Source: Cypionkella sp.
GTDB lineage: Bacteria > Pseudomonadota > Alphaproteobacteria > Rhodobacterales > Rhodobacteraceae
Direction of reading: 5' to 3'
Assembly: GCA_025458085.1 (NCBI GenBank)
Contig: JALOTC010000001.1
Span: 1,808 to 65,807, forward strand
DNA length: 64,000 nt
The notes under the pieces were generated by a model that did no database searches, was not told the origin of the DNA, and was given only the letters and a program-made list of their open reading frames with translations. Shown one piece after another: positions 30,811-39,544 of the stretch. The translations under genes were made by a program, and so were the position numbers. The number at the start of each line of letters is the position of its first letter. Position 1 is the first letter of the stretch.

Positions 30811-30861
30811 GCGGGGGCTTCGCGCCCCCGCACCCCCCGGAGTATTTAGGCCAAGATGAAG
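30811..30861. repeat. GC hairpin with tail; possible dispersed REP-like intergenic element
   Basis: gcgggggc-ttcgc-gcccccgc followed by accccccggagtatttaggccaagatgaag; only one copy in this window. Confidence 0.4.
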
Positions 30862-30863
30862 GA

Positions 30864-32129
30864 TCAGGCTGTAGCGGCTGCGGGTCGCGCGCCTGCCGTG
30901 CCGCGGCGGCCTTCTGGCAGGTAGCGGCTGAAACCAAGGTCGCGCGCGTCGATTTCTGTCGGGCGGCCCGAGACGGTATCGGCCAGAACGCGGGCCGAGC
31001 CTGCCGCCATTGTCCAGCCCAAGGTGCCATGGCCGGTGTTGAGGAAAAGGTTCGCGATGGGTGAACGGCCCACGATCGGGGTGCCATCGGGCGTCATGGG
31101 GCGCAGACCGGCCCAGAAGGTCGCCTCGGCCTGATTGCCGGCGCCGCCGAACAGGTCTTCGACCGAATGGACGAGTGTGCGCTTGCGCTTTTCGTTCAGG
31201 CTGAGGTCAAAGCCCGCAAGTTCGGCCATGCCGCCGACGCGGATGCGGTCGCCCAAGCGGGTGATGGCGATCTTGTGGGTTTCGTCCATGATTGTAGAGA
31301 TCGGCGCGATTTCGGCGTTCTGCACGGGAACCGTGATCGAATAGCCTTTGACCGGATAGACCGGCAGGCGGATGCCCAGATCGGCCACAAGGCGCGGCGA
31401 ATAGGAGCCGAGTGCGAGGACGAAGGCATCGGCGGTGAAGGTGCCCTCAGACGTGGCCACGCCGGTGATGCGGCCGCCTTCGGTGATCAGGCGCTGGATG
31501 GAAACGCCGTGGCGGAAGGTGACGCCCATTTCCGCCGCGCGGACGGCAAGGCCTTGGGTGAATTTGAAGCAATCGCCCGTTTCATCCTTGGGCAGGCGCA
31601 GGCCGCCAGCGATCTTTTCCCGTGCGCCAGCAAGGCCCGGTTCCACGGCGATGCAGCCATCGCGGTCCAGCACTTCGAAAGGCACGCCGCCTTCGCGCAG
31701 CACGGCGATGTCTTTCGCCGCGCCATCCACCTGCTTTTGCGTGCGGAAGAGTTGCAGCGTGCCTTGCTGGCGTTCATCGAAGGCGATGCCGGTCTCTTGG
31801 CGCAGCGTGGTCAGGCAATCGCGCGAATATTCCGCAAGGCGGACCATGCGGGCCTTGTTCACCTGATAGGCGGCGGTGGTGCAGTTGCCCAGCATCTGGA
31901 GCATCCAGCGCAGCTTTGCGGCATCCATCTTTGGCTGGATGATCAGGGGCGCATGTTCCATGAACATCCAGGCGGAATAGCCCGGGCTGATTTCGCCCGC
32001 ATTGGCAAAGCTGGTTTCCAGCGCGGCGGCGGGTTGGCGGTCGATCACGGTCACCTCATGCCCTTGGCGGGCCAGTTCGTAGGCCGAGGTGGTGCCGATG
32101 ACGCCGGAGCCGAGGACGATGACCTTCAT
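30864..32129 (-). CDS. dadA: D-amino acid dehydrogenase (short in-frame deletion near 31970)
   Basis: [33 protein letters not shown]. Confidence 0.92.
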   Translation of the reverse strand: MKVIVLGSGVIGTTSAYELARQGHEVTVIDRQPAAALETSFANAGEISPGYSAWMFMEHAPLIIQPKMDAAKLRWMLQMLGNCTTAAYQVNKARMVRLAEYSRDCLTTLRQETGIAFDERQQGTLQLFRTQKQVDGAAKDIAVLREGGVPFEVLDRDGCIAVEPGLAGAREKIAGGLRLPKDETGDCFKFTQGLAVRAAEMGVTFRHGVSIQRLITEGGRITGVATSEGTFTADAFVLALGSYSPRLVADLGIRLPVYPVKGYSITVPVQNAEIAPISTIMDETHKIAITRLGDRIRVGGMAELAGFDLSLNEKRKRTLVHSVEDLFGGAGNQAEATFWAGLRPMTPDGTPIVGRSPIANLFLNTGHGTLGWTMAAGSARVLADTVSGRPTEIDARDLGFSRYLPEGRRGTAGARPAAATA

Positions 32130-32393
32130 GGGGCAGATCTTTCGTGAAAGGATGCTTTCGCAAAAGATGCCTGCGCGATGCGGGGATTTCTTGGCGAATT
32201 TGCCCGAGTGATGGGCCTGTAGCGCAAGAAATTCTTTCAAATGGTGTCAGATCTGGGGAAATCTTTTCTGATCTCGCGAATCGGTAACAAAAATGCGCGG
32301 GATGGGCCGTGTTTGCGCAAGATCGTACCTGTGCTTGCCAGTTGTGCGTGGAATACCCATTCTTGGAGGCTAAAGACGATTATTGGGGGTATC

Positions 32394-33275
32394 ATGGGTC
32401 CAGAGGCGGTAATCGGGGGCAATGCGGTCTTTCTGGCCGTGGCGCTGTTTCTTGTTCTGTGCATCTTCCTTGGCGTGCGGATCGTGCCGCAGTCGGAAAA
32501 GCATGTGGTGGAACGGTTTGGCCGGTTGCGGGCCGTGTTGGGGCCGGGGATCAATTTCGTTGTCCCCTTCCTTGACCGGGTGGCACATAAGATTTCGATT
32601 CTTGAGCGGCAGTTGCCCAATGCGACGCAAGATGCCATCACCGCCGACAACGTGCTGGTGAAGGTGGAGACGAGCGTTTTTTACCGGATCACCGAGCCGG
32701 AAAAGACGGTTTATCGCATCCGCGATGTGGATGCGGCGATTGCCACGACAGTGGCGGGGATCGTGCGGTCGGAGATTGGCAAGCTGGAACTGGATCAGGT
32801 GCAATCGAACCGCGCCCAGTTGATCGAACGTGTGCGCGAACAGGTGCGCGCCATGGTGGATGACTGGGGGGTCGAGGTTACCCGGGCCGAGATTCTGGAT
32901 GTGAACCTTGATGAGGCGACGCGGGCCGCGATGTTGCAGCAGTTGAATGCGGAACGCGCGCGGCGGGCGCAGGTGATGGAGGCCGAGGGCAAGAAGCGGT
33001 CGGTGGAACTTGCCGCCGATGCCGATCTTTATGCCGCGGAGCAGGCGGCCAAGGCCAAGCGGATCACGGCGGATGCCGAAGCCTATGCCACGGCGGCGAT
33101 TGCGGCTGCGATCAAGGAATCCGGGCTTGAGGCCGCGCAGTATCAGCTGGCCTTGGCGCAGGTGGATGCCTTGGGCAAGGTTGCGGCAGGGGAAGGCAAG
33201 CAGACCGTTCTGTTGCCGGCGCAGGCGCTCGACGCTTTTGCTGATGCCTTCCGGATGCTGAAAGGGCGTGGGTGA
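32394..33275 (+). CDS. SPFH/band 7 (QmcA-like) protein
   Basis: VVERFGR..LGPG, ITADNV, AERARRA. Confidence 0.92.
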   Translation: MGPEAVIGGNAVFLAVALFLVLCIFLGVRIVPQSEKHVVERFGRLRAVLGPGINFVVPFLDRVAHKISILERQLPNATQDAITADNVLVKVETSVFYRITEPEKTVYRIRDVDAAIATTVAGIVRSEIGKLELDQVQSNRAQLIERVREQVRAMVDDWGVEVTRAEILDVNLDEATRAAMLQQLNAERARRAQVMEAEGKKRSVELAADADLYAAEQAAKAKRITADAEAYATAAIAAAIKESGLEAAQYQLALAQVDALGKVAAGEGKQTVLLPAQALDAFADAFRMLKGRG

Positions 33276-33547
33276 TGATGCTGTGGCAGGTCTGGTGGGT
33301 CTGGATCGTGGCGGGCTTCGCGCTGGGCGTGCTTGAGGTGATCTTGCCCGGATACATTTTCCTAGGCTTTGCCATCGGGGCGGTGGTGGTCGGGGCCGGC
33401 TTGGGCCTTGGCGTTTTGGGCCATGGCCTTGCCGGTCTGGTTTTGGTCTTTGCGCTTGCCTCGCTTGTGGCATGGTTCGCGCTGCGCCGGACGATGGGGG
33501 TTCGTCCGGGGCAGGTGAAGGTCTGGGATCGGGATATCAACGATTAA
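33272..33547 (+). CDS. NfeD-like small membrane protein
   Basis: WVWIVAGFALGVLEVILPG; coupled to the SPFH gene. Confidence 0.8.
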   Translation: MMMLWQVWWVWIVAGFALGVLEVILPGYIFLGFAIGAVVVGAGLGLGVLGHGLAGLVLVFALASLVAWFALRRTMGVRPGQVKVWDRDIND

Positions 33548-34272
33548 GCGGCGGCCTGTCCGTTGAAGATCTGGGCATAAGGATCGCTGCCGAGGTGAAG
33601 ATCCTTGAAGGAATCGAGGTCTTCGACCAGAAACACCCGGCTGGTATCAAAGCTGTCCGTATTTTCCAGAAGGATGGTCCGGGTAACCGGAGTGAGATGT
33701 TCGTTATCGGGCAAGCTGTTGTCTGGATCATGGACATGGGTCAGGTTGATGGTGACCAGCATATCATCGCCTTGCGGTGTTGCTGTCACCTCGTCCAACA
33801 GAAAATAGCTTTCCGTGGCCTGCCCCTCCGCACCGATTTCTGCCCAATGTGAGGGGCAAAGGACACCGAGCGAGTCTTCGGCGGCATTAAAGTCGGTGAT
33901 GACATCGGGCGCGTCTTCTGAAGGGGTGACCGTGTTGACCTCGATCAGAAAGATATCGTGGCCTTCATTGCCGGTAACTTCGACAGGGTCCGCCGCGTCA
34001 CAATCACGTGCCGAGAAGACAAAGAGGTCTTCGCCCTCGCCACCCTCGGCAGATGCGCCATGGGACATCGAGAACATATCATTTCCGGCCCCGCCTTCCA
34101 TGACGTCATAAAGCGAAAGCTCGCCGCGGCCGGCATAGAAAAGATCGTTGCCTTCGCCACCTTCTGCGATACGGAGCGCCTGTTCCTCGGTGTCTCTATC
34201 GTCGCGCGAAAGCGTTGTTTCACCAAGGCTTAGGCTTAGCGCGGATACACCCATCAACAAAAGGAACCACAT
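33544..34272 (-). CDS. Acidic protein with RTX-like GGxGxD Ca-binding repeats
   Basis: [41 protein letters not shown]; hydrophobic N-terminus; GGAG RBS. Confidence 0.7.
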   Translation of the reverse strand: MWFLLLMGVSALSLSLGETTLSRDDRDTEEQALRIAEGGEGNDLFYAGRGELSLYDVMEGGAGNDMFSMSHGASAEGGEGEDLFVFSARDCDAADPVEVTGNEGHDIFLIEVNTVTPSEDAPDVITDFNAAEDSLGVLCPSHWAEIGAEGQATESYFLLDEVTATPQGDDMLVTINLTHVHDPDNSLPDNEHLTPVTRTILLENTDSFDTSRVFLVEDLDSFKDLHLGSDPYAQIFNGQAAA

Positions 34273-34364
34273 TGTCGTCTCCACATCAAAAATACGTCCG
34301 CGCGGATAGGATCATATCCGAAAGGATAAAAGATGCAAAGTTTGCAATGTGTCGCAGGGTGGTG

Positions 34365-35087
34365 TCAGGCCTTGGCTGACGGGCCGCGCGGCGGGAGTTC
34401 TGAAACCACAGCCCGGGCGGCGGCGGCGGGATCGGGGGCTTGCCAGATCGGGCGCCCGACGACGATGTGATCGGCCCCATCGGCAATGGCCTGACGGGGC
34501 GTGGCGATGCGCTTTTGGTCGCCCGAGGCGCTGCCGGCAGGGCGCACGCCGGGGGTGACGATCAGTTTGCCCGCGGCTTCGGGCAGGACGCGGATGCGCG
34601 CGGCCTCTTGCGGGCTAGCGATCACGCCATCTGCCCCGGCGGAAAGCGCACGAGCGGCGCGTTCCAGCGTGATGTCGTGGATGTCGCCGGGTATGATGAG
34701 GTTTGCATCCAGATCGGCCCTGTCCAACGAGGTAAGGATCGTGACCGCAAGGATTTTCGTTGCCGTGCCGCGCTTGCCTTCGGCTGCGGCCCGCACGACT
34801 TGGGGGTCGCCATGGACGGTGAGGAAATCGAGATCGTATTGCACAAGCCCGCGCACTGCCGCCTCTACCGTCGCGCCGATATCGAACAGCTTCATGTCAA
34901 GGAAGATGCGCTTGCCTTGGCTTTTGAGTTCATTGGCGAGCGCAAGGCCCCCGCCTGTGAGCATGCCGAGCCCGATCTTGTAAAAGCTGACCGAGTCGCC
35001 CAGCCTTTGGGCGAGATCCAGCCCTTGGACGATGTTGGGGACATCAAGCGCCACGATCAGGCGGTCATCGGAAAGGGGTGCGGGCAT
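34365..35087 (-). CDS. pyrF: Orotidine-5'-phosphate decarboxylase
   Basis: IVALD, FLDMKLFDIGATV, VTPGVR, VVGRPI. Confidence 0.96.
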   Translation of the reverse strand: MPAPLSDDRLIVALDVPNIVQGLDLAQRLGDSVSFYKIGLGMLTGGGLALANELKSQGKRIFLDMKLFDIGATVEAAVRGLVQYDLDFLTVHGDPQVVRAAAEGKRGTATKILAVTILTSLDRADLDANLIIPGDIHDITLERAARALSAGADGVIASPQEAARIRVLPEAAGKLIVTPGVRPAGSASGDQKRIATPRQAIADGADHIVVGRPIWQAPDPAAAARAVVSELPPRGPSAKA

Positions 35088-35172
35088 CTTGGCCTCCGGT
35101 CTGGATCAGGGCCTCTTGCGGCGCGGGGCGCGGGGTGTCAAGCCTGTGGCGCGGTGGAAAGCGGGGGGCGGC

Positions 35173-36048
35173 ATGATCTTGTGTTTCGACATTGGCGGAT
35201 CGCGGATCAAGGCGGCGCTGTGGAGCGAGGGCGCGCTTTCGCCCATAGGCGAGGCGGTCACGCCCAAGGCGGATTTTGGAGCCTTTCTGGAGGTGCTGCG
35301 CGGCTTTGCCGATGGTCGCGCGTTGCGCGGTGTGGCGATTTCCATCGCAGGTGTGGTTGCGCCCGATAGCGGACGGATCAAGGTGGCGAATATCCCCTGC
35401 GCCGATGGTCGTGTCTTGGCGGAAGAGATTGGCGCGGCGCTTGGCTTGCCGGTTTTGGTGCTGAATGATGCCGATTGCTTTGCCTTGGCAGAGGCGCGGC
35501 AGGGGGCGGGGCGGGGGCATGCTTCTGTCTTTGGGATCATCCTTGGCACGGGGATTGGCGGCGGGCTGGTGCTGGGCGGGCGGCTGGTCACAGGCGCGGG
35601 CGGTTTTGCCGGGGAATGGGGGCATGGTCCGGTGTTGCGCCCCCCTTTTGATTTTCAATGCGGCTGTGGCCTGCGCGGCTGTGTCGATGCCGTTTGCAGC
35701 GCGCGGGGGATGGAGCGGCTGCACCGGCACCTTGGCGCAGATGCGGCGGATTCGGTGGCGATCCTGCGTGGCTGGCATGGGGGCGATGCCGCCTGTGGTG
35801 CGACGGTGGCCCTGTGGCTTGACCTGATCGCGCCGCCGCTTGCGCTTGTGCTGAATGTCACCGGGGCGGGGATCGTGCCTGTGGGCGGCGGGCTTTCGAA
35901 TGACCATGGGCTCTTGGCCGCGCTGGATGCGCGGGTGAGGAGCATGATCCTGCGGGATAGCTCTGCCCGGCTTGTGGTGGCCGCGCAGACGGGGCCGGAT
36001 GCCGGGTTGATTGGCGCGGCATGGGCCGGGGCAGAGGCTTTCGCATGA
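35173..36048 (+). CDS. ROK-family sugar kinase
   Basis: DIGGS, NDADCFALAE, GTGIGGG, GEWGH, CGCG..GC. Confidence 0.9.
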   Translation: MILCFDIGGSRIKAALWSEGALSPIGEAVTPKADFGAFLEVLRGFADGRALRGVAISIAGVVAPDSGRIKVANIPCADGRVLAEEIGAALGLPVLVLNDADCFALAEARQGAGRGHASVFGIILGTGIGGGLVLGGRLVTGAGGFAGEWGHGPVLRPPFDFQCGCGLRGCVDAVCSARGMERLHRHLGADAADSVAILRGWHGGDAACGATVALWLDLIAPPLALVLNVTGAGIVPVGGGLSNDHGLLAALDARVRSMILRDSSARLVVAAQTGPDAGLIGAAWAGAEAFA

Positions 36049-36770
36049 CCGTGCTGATCGAGGTTTGTGTGGATGACCTCGCCGGCCTATCCGAGGCGCG
36101 GCGCGGGGGGGCCGACCGAATTGAACTTTGCGCGGCGCTAGACCTTGGCGGGCTGACGCCATCGCGTGGGATGATGGAGCATGCGGTGGGTTGCGGAGTG
36201 CCGGTGATGGCCATGATCCGCCCAAGGGCCGGGCATTTCATCTGGTCACCCGATGAGATCACAGTGATGCAGCGCGATATTGATGCCGCGCGGGCGGCGG
36301 GGCTTTCTGGCGTGGTGCTGGGCGCGCAGCGGCCAGATGGGTGGCTGGATCGTGACGCGCTACGGTTGCTGCTGGACCGGGCCGAGGGGATGGAGGCCAC
36401 GCTGCATCGCTGTTTTGACCTGACGCCCGACCCTTTTGCCGCGCTGGAAGAGGCGATTGCCCTTGGCTTTCGCCGTATCCTGACCTCTGGCCAAGCGCGT
36501 ACGGCGGTGGAGGGGGCTGCGCTGATTGCCGCGCTGGTGGAACGGGCCGCAGGGCGAATTGTCATCATGCCCGGTTCCGGGATCAGAGCGGCAAGCGTGG
36601 CGGGGCTTTTTGGCCTTGGACTGCAGGAATTCCACGCCTCTTGTGCCTTGGCAGAAGAACAATCCGGCCCCGCGGTGGATTTCGGTTTCGCCACAAGGCT
36701 CTATCGCCGGACCGATGCGAGGGAAGTGCGTGCGCTGCGGCAGGCGCTTGCGGAGGATGGTGCGGCTTGA
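36045..36770 (+). CDS. cutC: CutC-family protein
   Basis: EVCVD, GADRIELC..GGLTPS, MIRPR, TLHRCFD, RILTSG. Confidence 0.9.
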   Translation: MTVLIEVCVDDLAGLSEARRGGADRIELCAALDLGGLTPSRGMMEHAVGCGVPVMAMIRPRAGHFIWSPDEITVMQRDIDAARAAGLSGVVLGAQRPDGWLDRDALRLLLDRAEGMEATLHRCFDLTPDPFAALEEAIALGFRRILTSGQARTAVEGAALIAALVERAAGRIVIMPGSGIRAASVAGLFGLGLQEFHASCALAEEQSGPAVDFGFATRLYRRTDAREVRALRQALAEDGAA

Positions 36771-36831
36771 CCTTGGGGCGTCAAGGGTAAAGGCTGTGCG
36801 CAGGATGGCTGGATTGCATGTGAGGTCGGTT

Positions 36832-37602
36832 ATGGACATCAACATCACCTTTGATCGCCCAGAGGAGGGGCCGGGATCCGGCCCGCTGACCGTGGGGTGG
36901 TTCCTGACGCAGGACAAAGGTGCCGTGCTGTTCGACCCGCCTGAACGGGTGGTTTTTCGCCAGACCAACAAGGCCCATGCCAAATCAGCCAGCCGCTGCC
37001 CGGCTGTGGTGCAGTTGGAAAGCCGGTATTTCATGGTGAAATGCCCTTATGATCTGCACATCGGCTTTCAGCGCGATGAGAAGGGCAAGGCGCGGCTCGT
37101 TAACCGGCTGGGCGCGGCAAGCCCGGTCAGGTCGGGCAAGCTGGGCGATGTGATCAAGCTGGTGGATGAGGTGGAATGGCGCTATCCGGACCGGCCGACG
37201 ATCCAGCTTGTTCTTCCCTATTGTTTCATTGCGGATGAGTTGTGCTACCTCACCCAGCTGTCGGCCTTTCTGCATTACCGGCGCGATCCTCTGCCCGGGA
37301 CGATCTTTGGCGGGCGCTTTCCGCTGAATGTCTGGCCCCGACCCCTGATGTGGGCTTTTGAATGGCACGAGCCGGAAAAAGACCTGATCCTGCGCCGGGG
37401 GGAACCCTTGTTCTATTGCCAGTTTGAAGGCACTGACCCTTCGCGTCCGGTACAGGTGGTGGAGGCGGAGCGCACGTCTGAGCTTGTGACCTATATGGAT
37501 CAGATTGGCGGGGTGGTGAATTACGTCAATCAGACCTTCGGCCTGTTTCGTGCGGCAGAGGCGTTACGCCCTGCCAAATTGGTTCATCCAAAGGCGCGGT
37601 AG
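36832..37602 (+). CDS. Hypothetical protein (possibly DUF6065/dUTPase-like beta fold)
   Basis: Good codon bias; ..RCPAV..KCPYD and LILRRGEPLFYCQF; family assignment is an inference. Confidence 0.65.
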   Translation: MDINITFDRPEEGPGSGPLTVGWFLTQDKGAVLFDPPERVVFRQTNKAHAKSASRCPAVVQLESRYFMVKCPYDLHIGFQRDEKGKARLVNRLGAASPVRSGKLGDVIKLVDEVEWRYPDRPTIQLVLPYCFIADELCYLTQLSAFLHYRRDPLPGTIFGGRFPLNVWPRPLMWAFEWHEPEKDLILRRGEPLFYCQFEGTDPSRPVQVVEAERTSELVTYMDQIGGVVNYVNQTFGLFRAAEALRPAKLVHPKAR

Positions 37603-37607
37603 GTTGG

Positions 37608-38453
37608 GTGCGATCTTCGCTTGAAATCTGGGATATCGCGCAAGGGCGTGCGCACGTCGTCTTGCAATGCGCGGAACGGATCGAGGCTCCGAATTGGTCG
37701 CCTTGCGGGCGGTATCTTCTGGTCAATGGCGATGGAAAGCTGTTTCGGGTACCGCTTGCTGCGCCAAGGCTAGAGCCCGTCGATACCGGGGGCATTACTC
37801 GTTTGAATAATGACCATGGGATTTCGCCTGATGGACAGCATTGGGTAATTTCGGCGCATCATCGGGGCAAGGGTGCAGAAATCTGGATGCTGCCCGCGGG
37901 CGGCGGCAAAGCCCGGCTGATTTCGCCTTTGGCGCCAAGCTGGTGGCATGGGTGGTCGCCCGATGGGCGCAGCCTGACCTATGCGGCGGTGCGCAATGCT
38001 TCACGCATCATCGATATTTATGTGCAAGATTTGGCCAGCGGGGCCGAGCGCCGCCTGACTCATGCGGAAGGCCAACATGACGGCCCCGATTTCAGCGCCG
38101 ATGGTCAGCGGATTTACTTCAACTGTGACCGCGATGGGCATGCACAGATTTGGGTGATGGATGCCGATGGATGTGGACAGCGGCGCTTGTTCTCAGATGC
38201 CTGTGTCAACTGGTTTCCGCATCCTTCGCCCTGTGGGCGCTATCTGATCTGGCTGTCCTATCCAGAAGGCACCAAGGGGCATCCGGCGGATGTCTTGGTC
38301 TCGATCTGGATCGGCACGCCAGACGGCGGGTCGCGGCGGCGGCTGACACGCTTTATTGGGGGGCAGGGGACGATGAATGTGCCAAACTGGGCCCCGGATG
38401 GCAGTGGCTTTGCCTATATGCGCTATGGCCCCTTTGTAGAGGAAGAGACCTGA
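37608..38453 (+). CDS. TolB-like/PD40 beta-propeller protein
   Basis: Repeated WSPDG/FSADG/PSPCG motifs; no signal peptide. Confidence 0.85.
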   Translation: MRSSLEIWDIAQGRAHVVLQCAERIEAPNWSPCGRYLLVNGDGKLFRVPLAAPRLEPVDTGGITRLNNDHGISPDGQHWVISAHHRGKGAEIWMLPAGGGKARLISPLAPSWWHGWSPDGRSLTYAAVRNASRIIDIYVQDLASGAERRLTHAEGQHDGPDFSADGQRIYFNCDRDGHAQIWVMDADGCGQRRLFSDACVNWFPHPSPCGRYLIWLSYPEGTKGHPADVLVSIWIGTPDGGSRRRLTRFIGGQGTMNVPNWAPDGSGFAYMRYGPFVEEET

Positions 38454-38824
38454 AGTGGCGCAGGCGCGGCCATCACATGACGCGGATCGCCCCAGACTGA
38501 AACGTGGATTTCCGGTCCCATCCCCTCTGCGGCCAGATGCTCTGGCGTGAGCCCGACGATCCGGACGCGCAATGTTTCGTGCCGTTCGACCGCGCCGCCA
38601 ATAAGGTCGCTGGCCTGCGGGCCAAGTGTGCCTGCCAGAACGGTGATACGGCGCGGAATGATCCCCAGAAGTTTGCGATGCAGGCGCACGAAAACCCCGA
38701 TGCGGCCATCGGGAAGGTGATGCAGCATTGCCTCGTCCCCGATGGACAGGCCCGCGCGGGCGACATGCACGGCAATGTCGCGCACGGCGGCCTTGTGGAT
38801 CAAAGGTTGCATCAGATCATGCAT
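38423..38824 (-). CDS. Hypothetical protein, HIRAN-like pattern
   Basis: GDEAML...PDGRIGVF...AGTLG..ASDL..LRVRI; AAAGG RBS. Confidence 0.55.
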   Translation of the reverse strand: MHDLMQPLIHKAAVRDIAVHVARAGLSIGDEAMLHHLPDGRIGVFVRLHRKLLGIIPRRITVLAGTLGPQASDLIGGAVERHETLRVRIVGLTPEHLAAEGMGPEIHVSVWGDPRHVMAAPAPLQVSSSTKGP

Positions 38825-38997
38825 GCTCGGCCCTTTCCGGGGCTGCAGCCTGCGATGGTGTTGGCCCATCGCCCTGCCCCCTATGCAAAGAGTGAACCGC
38901 TCCACGCGGGGCGTGCAACCTTCGTTTGGGCGGGCGACTGCGCCTCTGGCCCGATCCCGCCGATAGACAGGGCTGGTTTCGGCGGAAATCCGGCAGA

Positions 38998-39294
38998 TCA
39001 GGCCGCGCGCGCTTTTTCCTCGGGAAGAGGATCGGGGGCAAAGACGTTTGCGGGCGCATCATCGATCGCGGCGAAGCGGTCGAATAGGATACGGGTCGCG
39101 GCATCGAGGATCGCGGACTCGACCCAGGAATAGCGCGCTTGCCGCGCCTTGGCGGCAGTGGCCTGAAGCCGGGCCTGGTGCGTGGCGCCCGGATCATCGG
39201 GGAAACTGTAGCCAAGGATGACCTTGCCACAGTAATGGCCGGAGTCCGCATCAAAGCGGAGTTCCGTCAAATGACGAAAGCGGATGATGAGCAT
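38998..39294 (-). CDS. Small hypothetical protein (98 aa)
   Basis: AGAGGA RBS before MLIIRFRHL; divergent from clpB. Confidence 0.6.
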   Translation of the reverse strand: MLIIRFRHLTELRFDADSGHYCGKVILGYSFPDDPGATHQARLQATAAKARQARYSWVESAILDAATRILFDRFAAIDDAPANVFAPDPLPEEKARAA

Positions 39295-39443
39295 GGGATT
39301 TTCCTCTTTGCTCGTTTGCCTGTGCCTCAGCGCGGAGTCTGCCATCACGCCATCCAAGGCGCTGTTGCCCGAAGGGATAGCGGGTGGTGCCAAAAGTGTG
39401 GGCCGATCTGTGCAAGATTCCTTGCAAGGACGTTTGTGGCAAT

Positions 39444-39472
39444 CTTGCATCACAGGCAGCGTGATCCCATTT
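39444..39472 (+). promoter_or_regulatory. RpoH-type heat-shock promoter of clpB
   Basis: CTTG-N18-CCCATTT upstream of clpB. Confidence 0.55.
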
Positions 39473-39544
39473 TGAAGACGAGGCCGTGGTTCTGTGTGCC
39501 GCTGACGGGCGCAGGCAGGCGGTGCTGATAAAGGAGAGATACCG

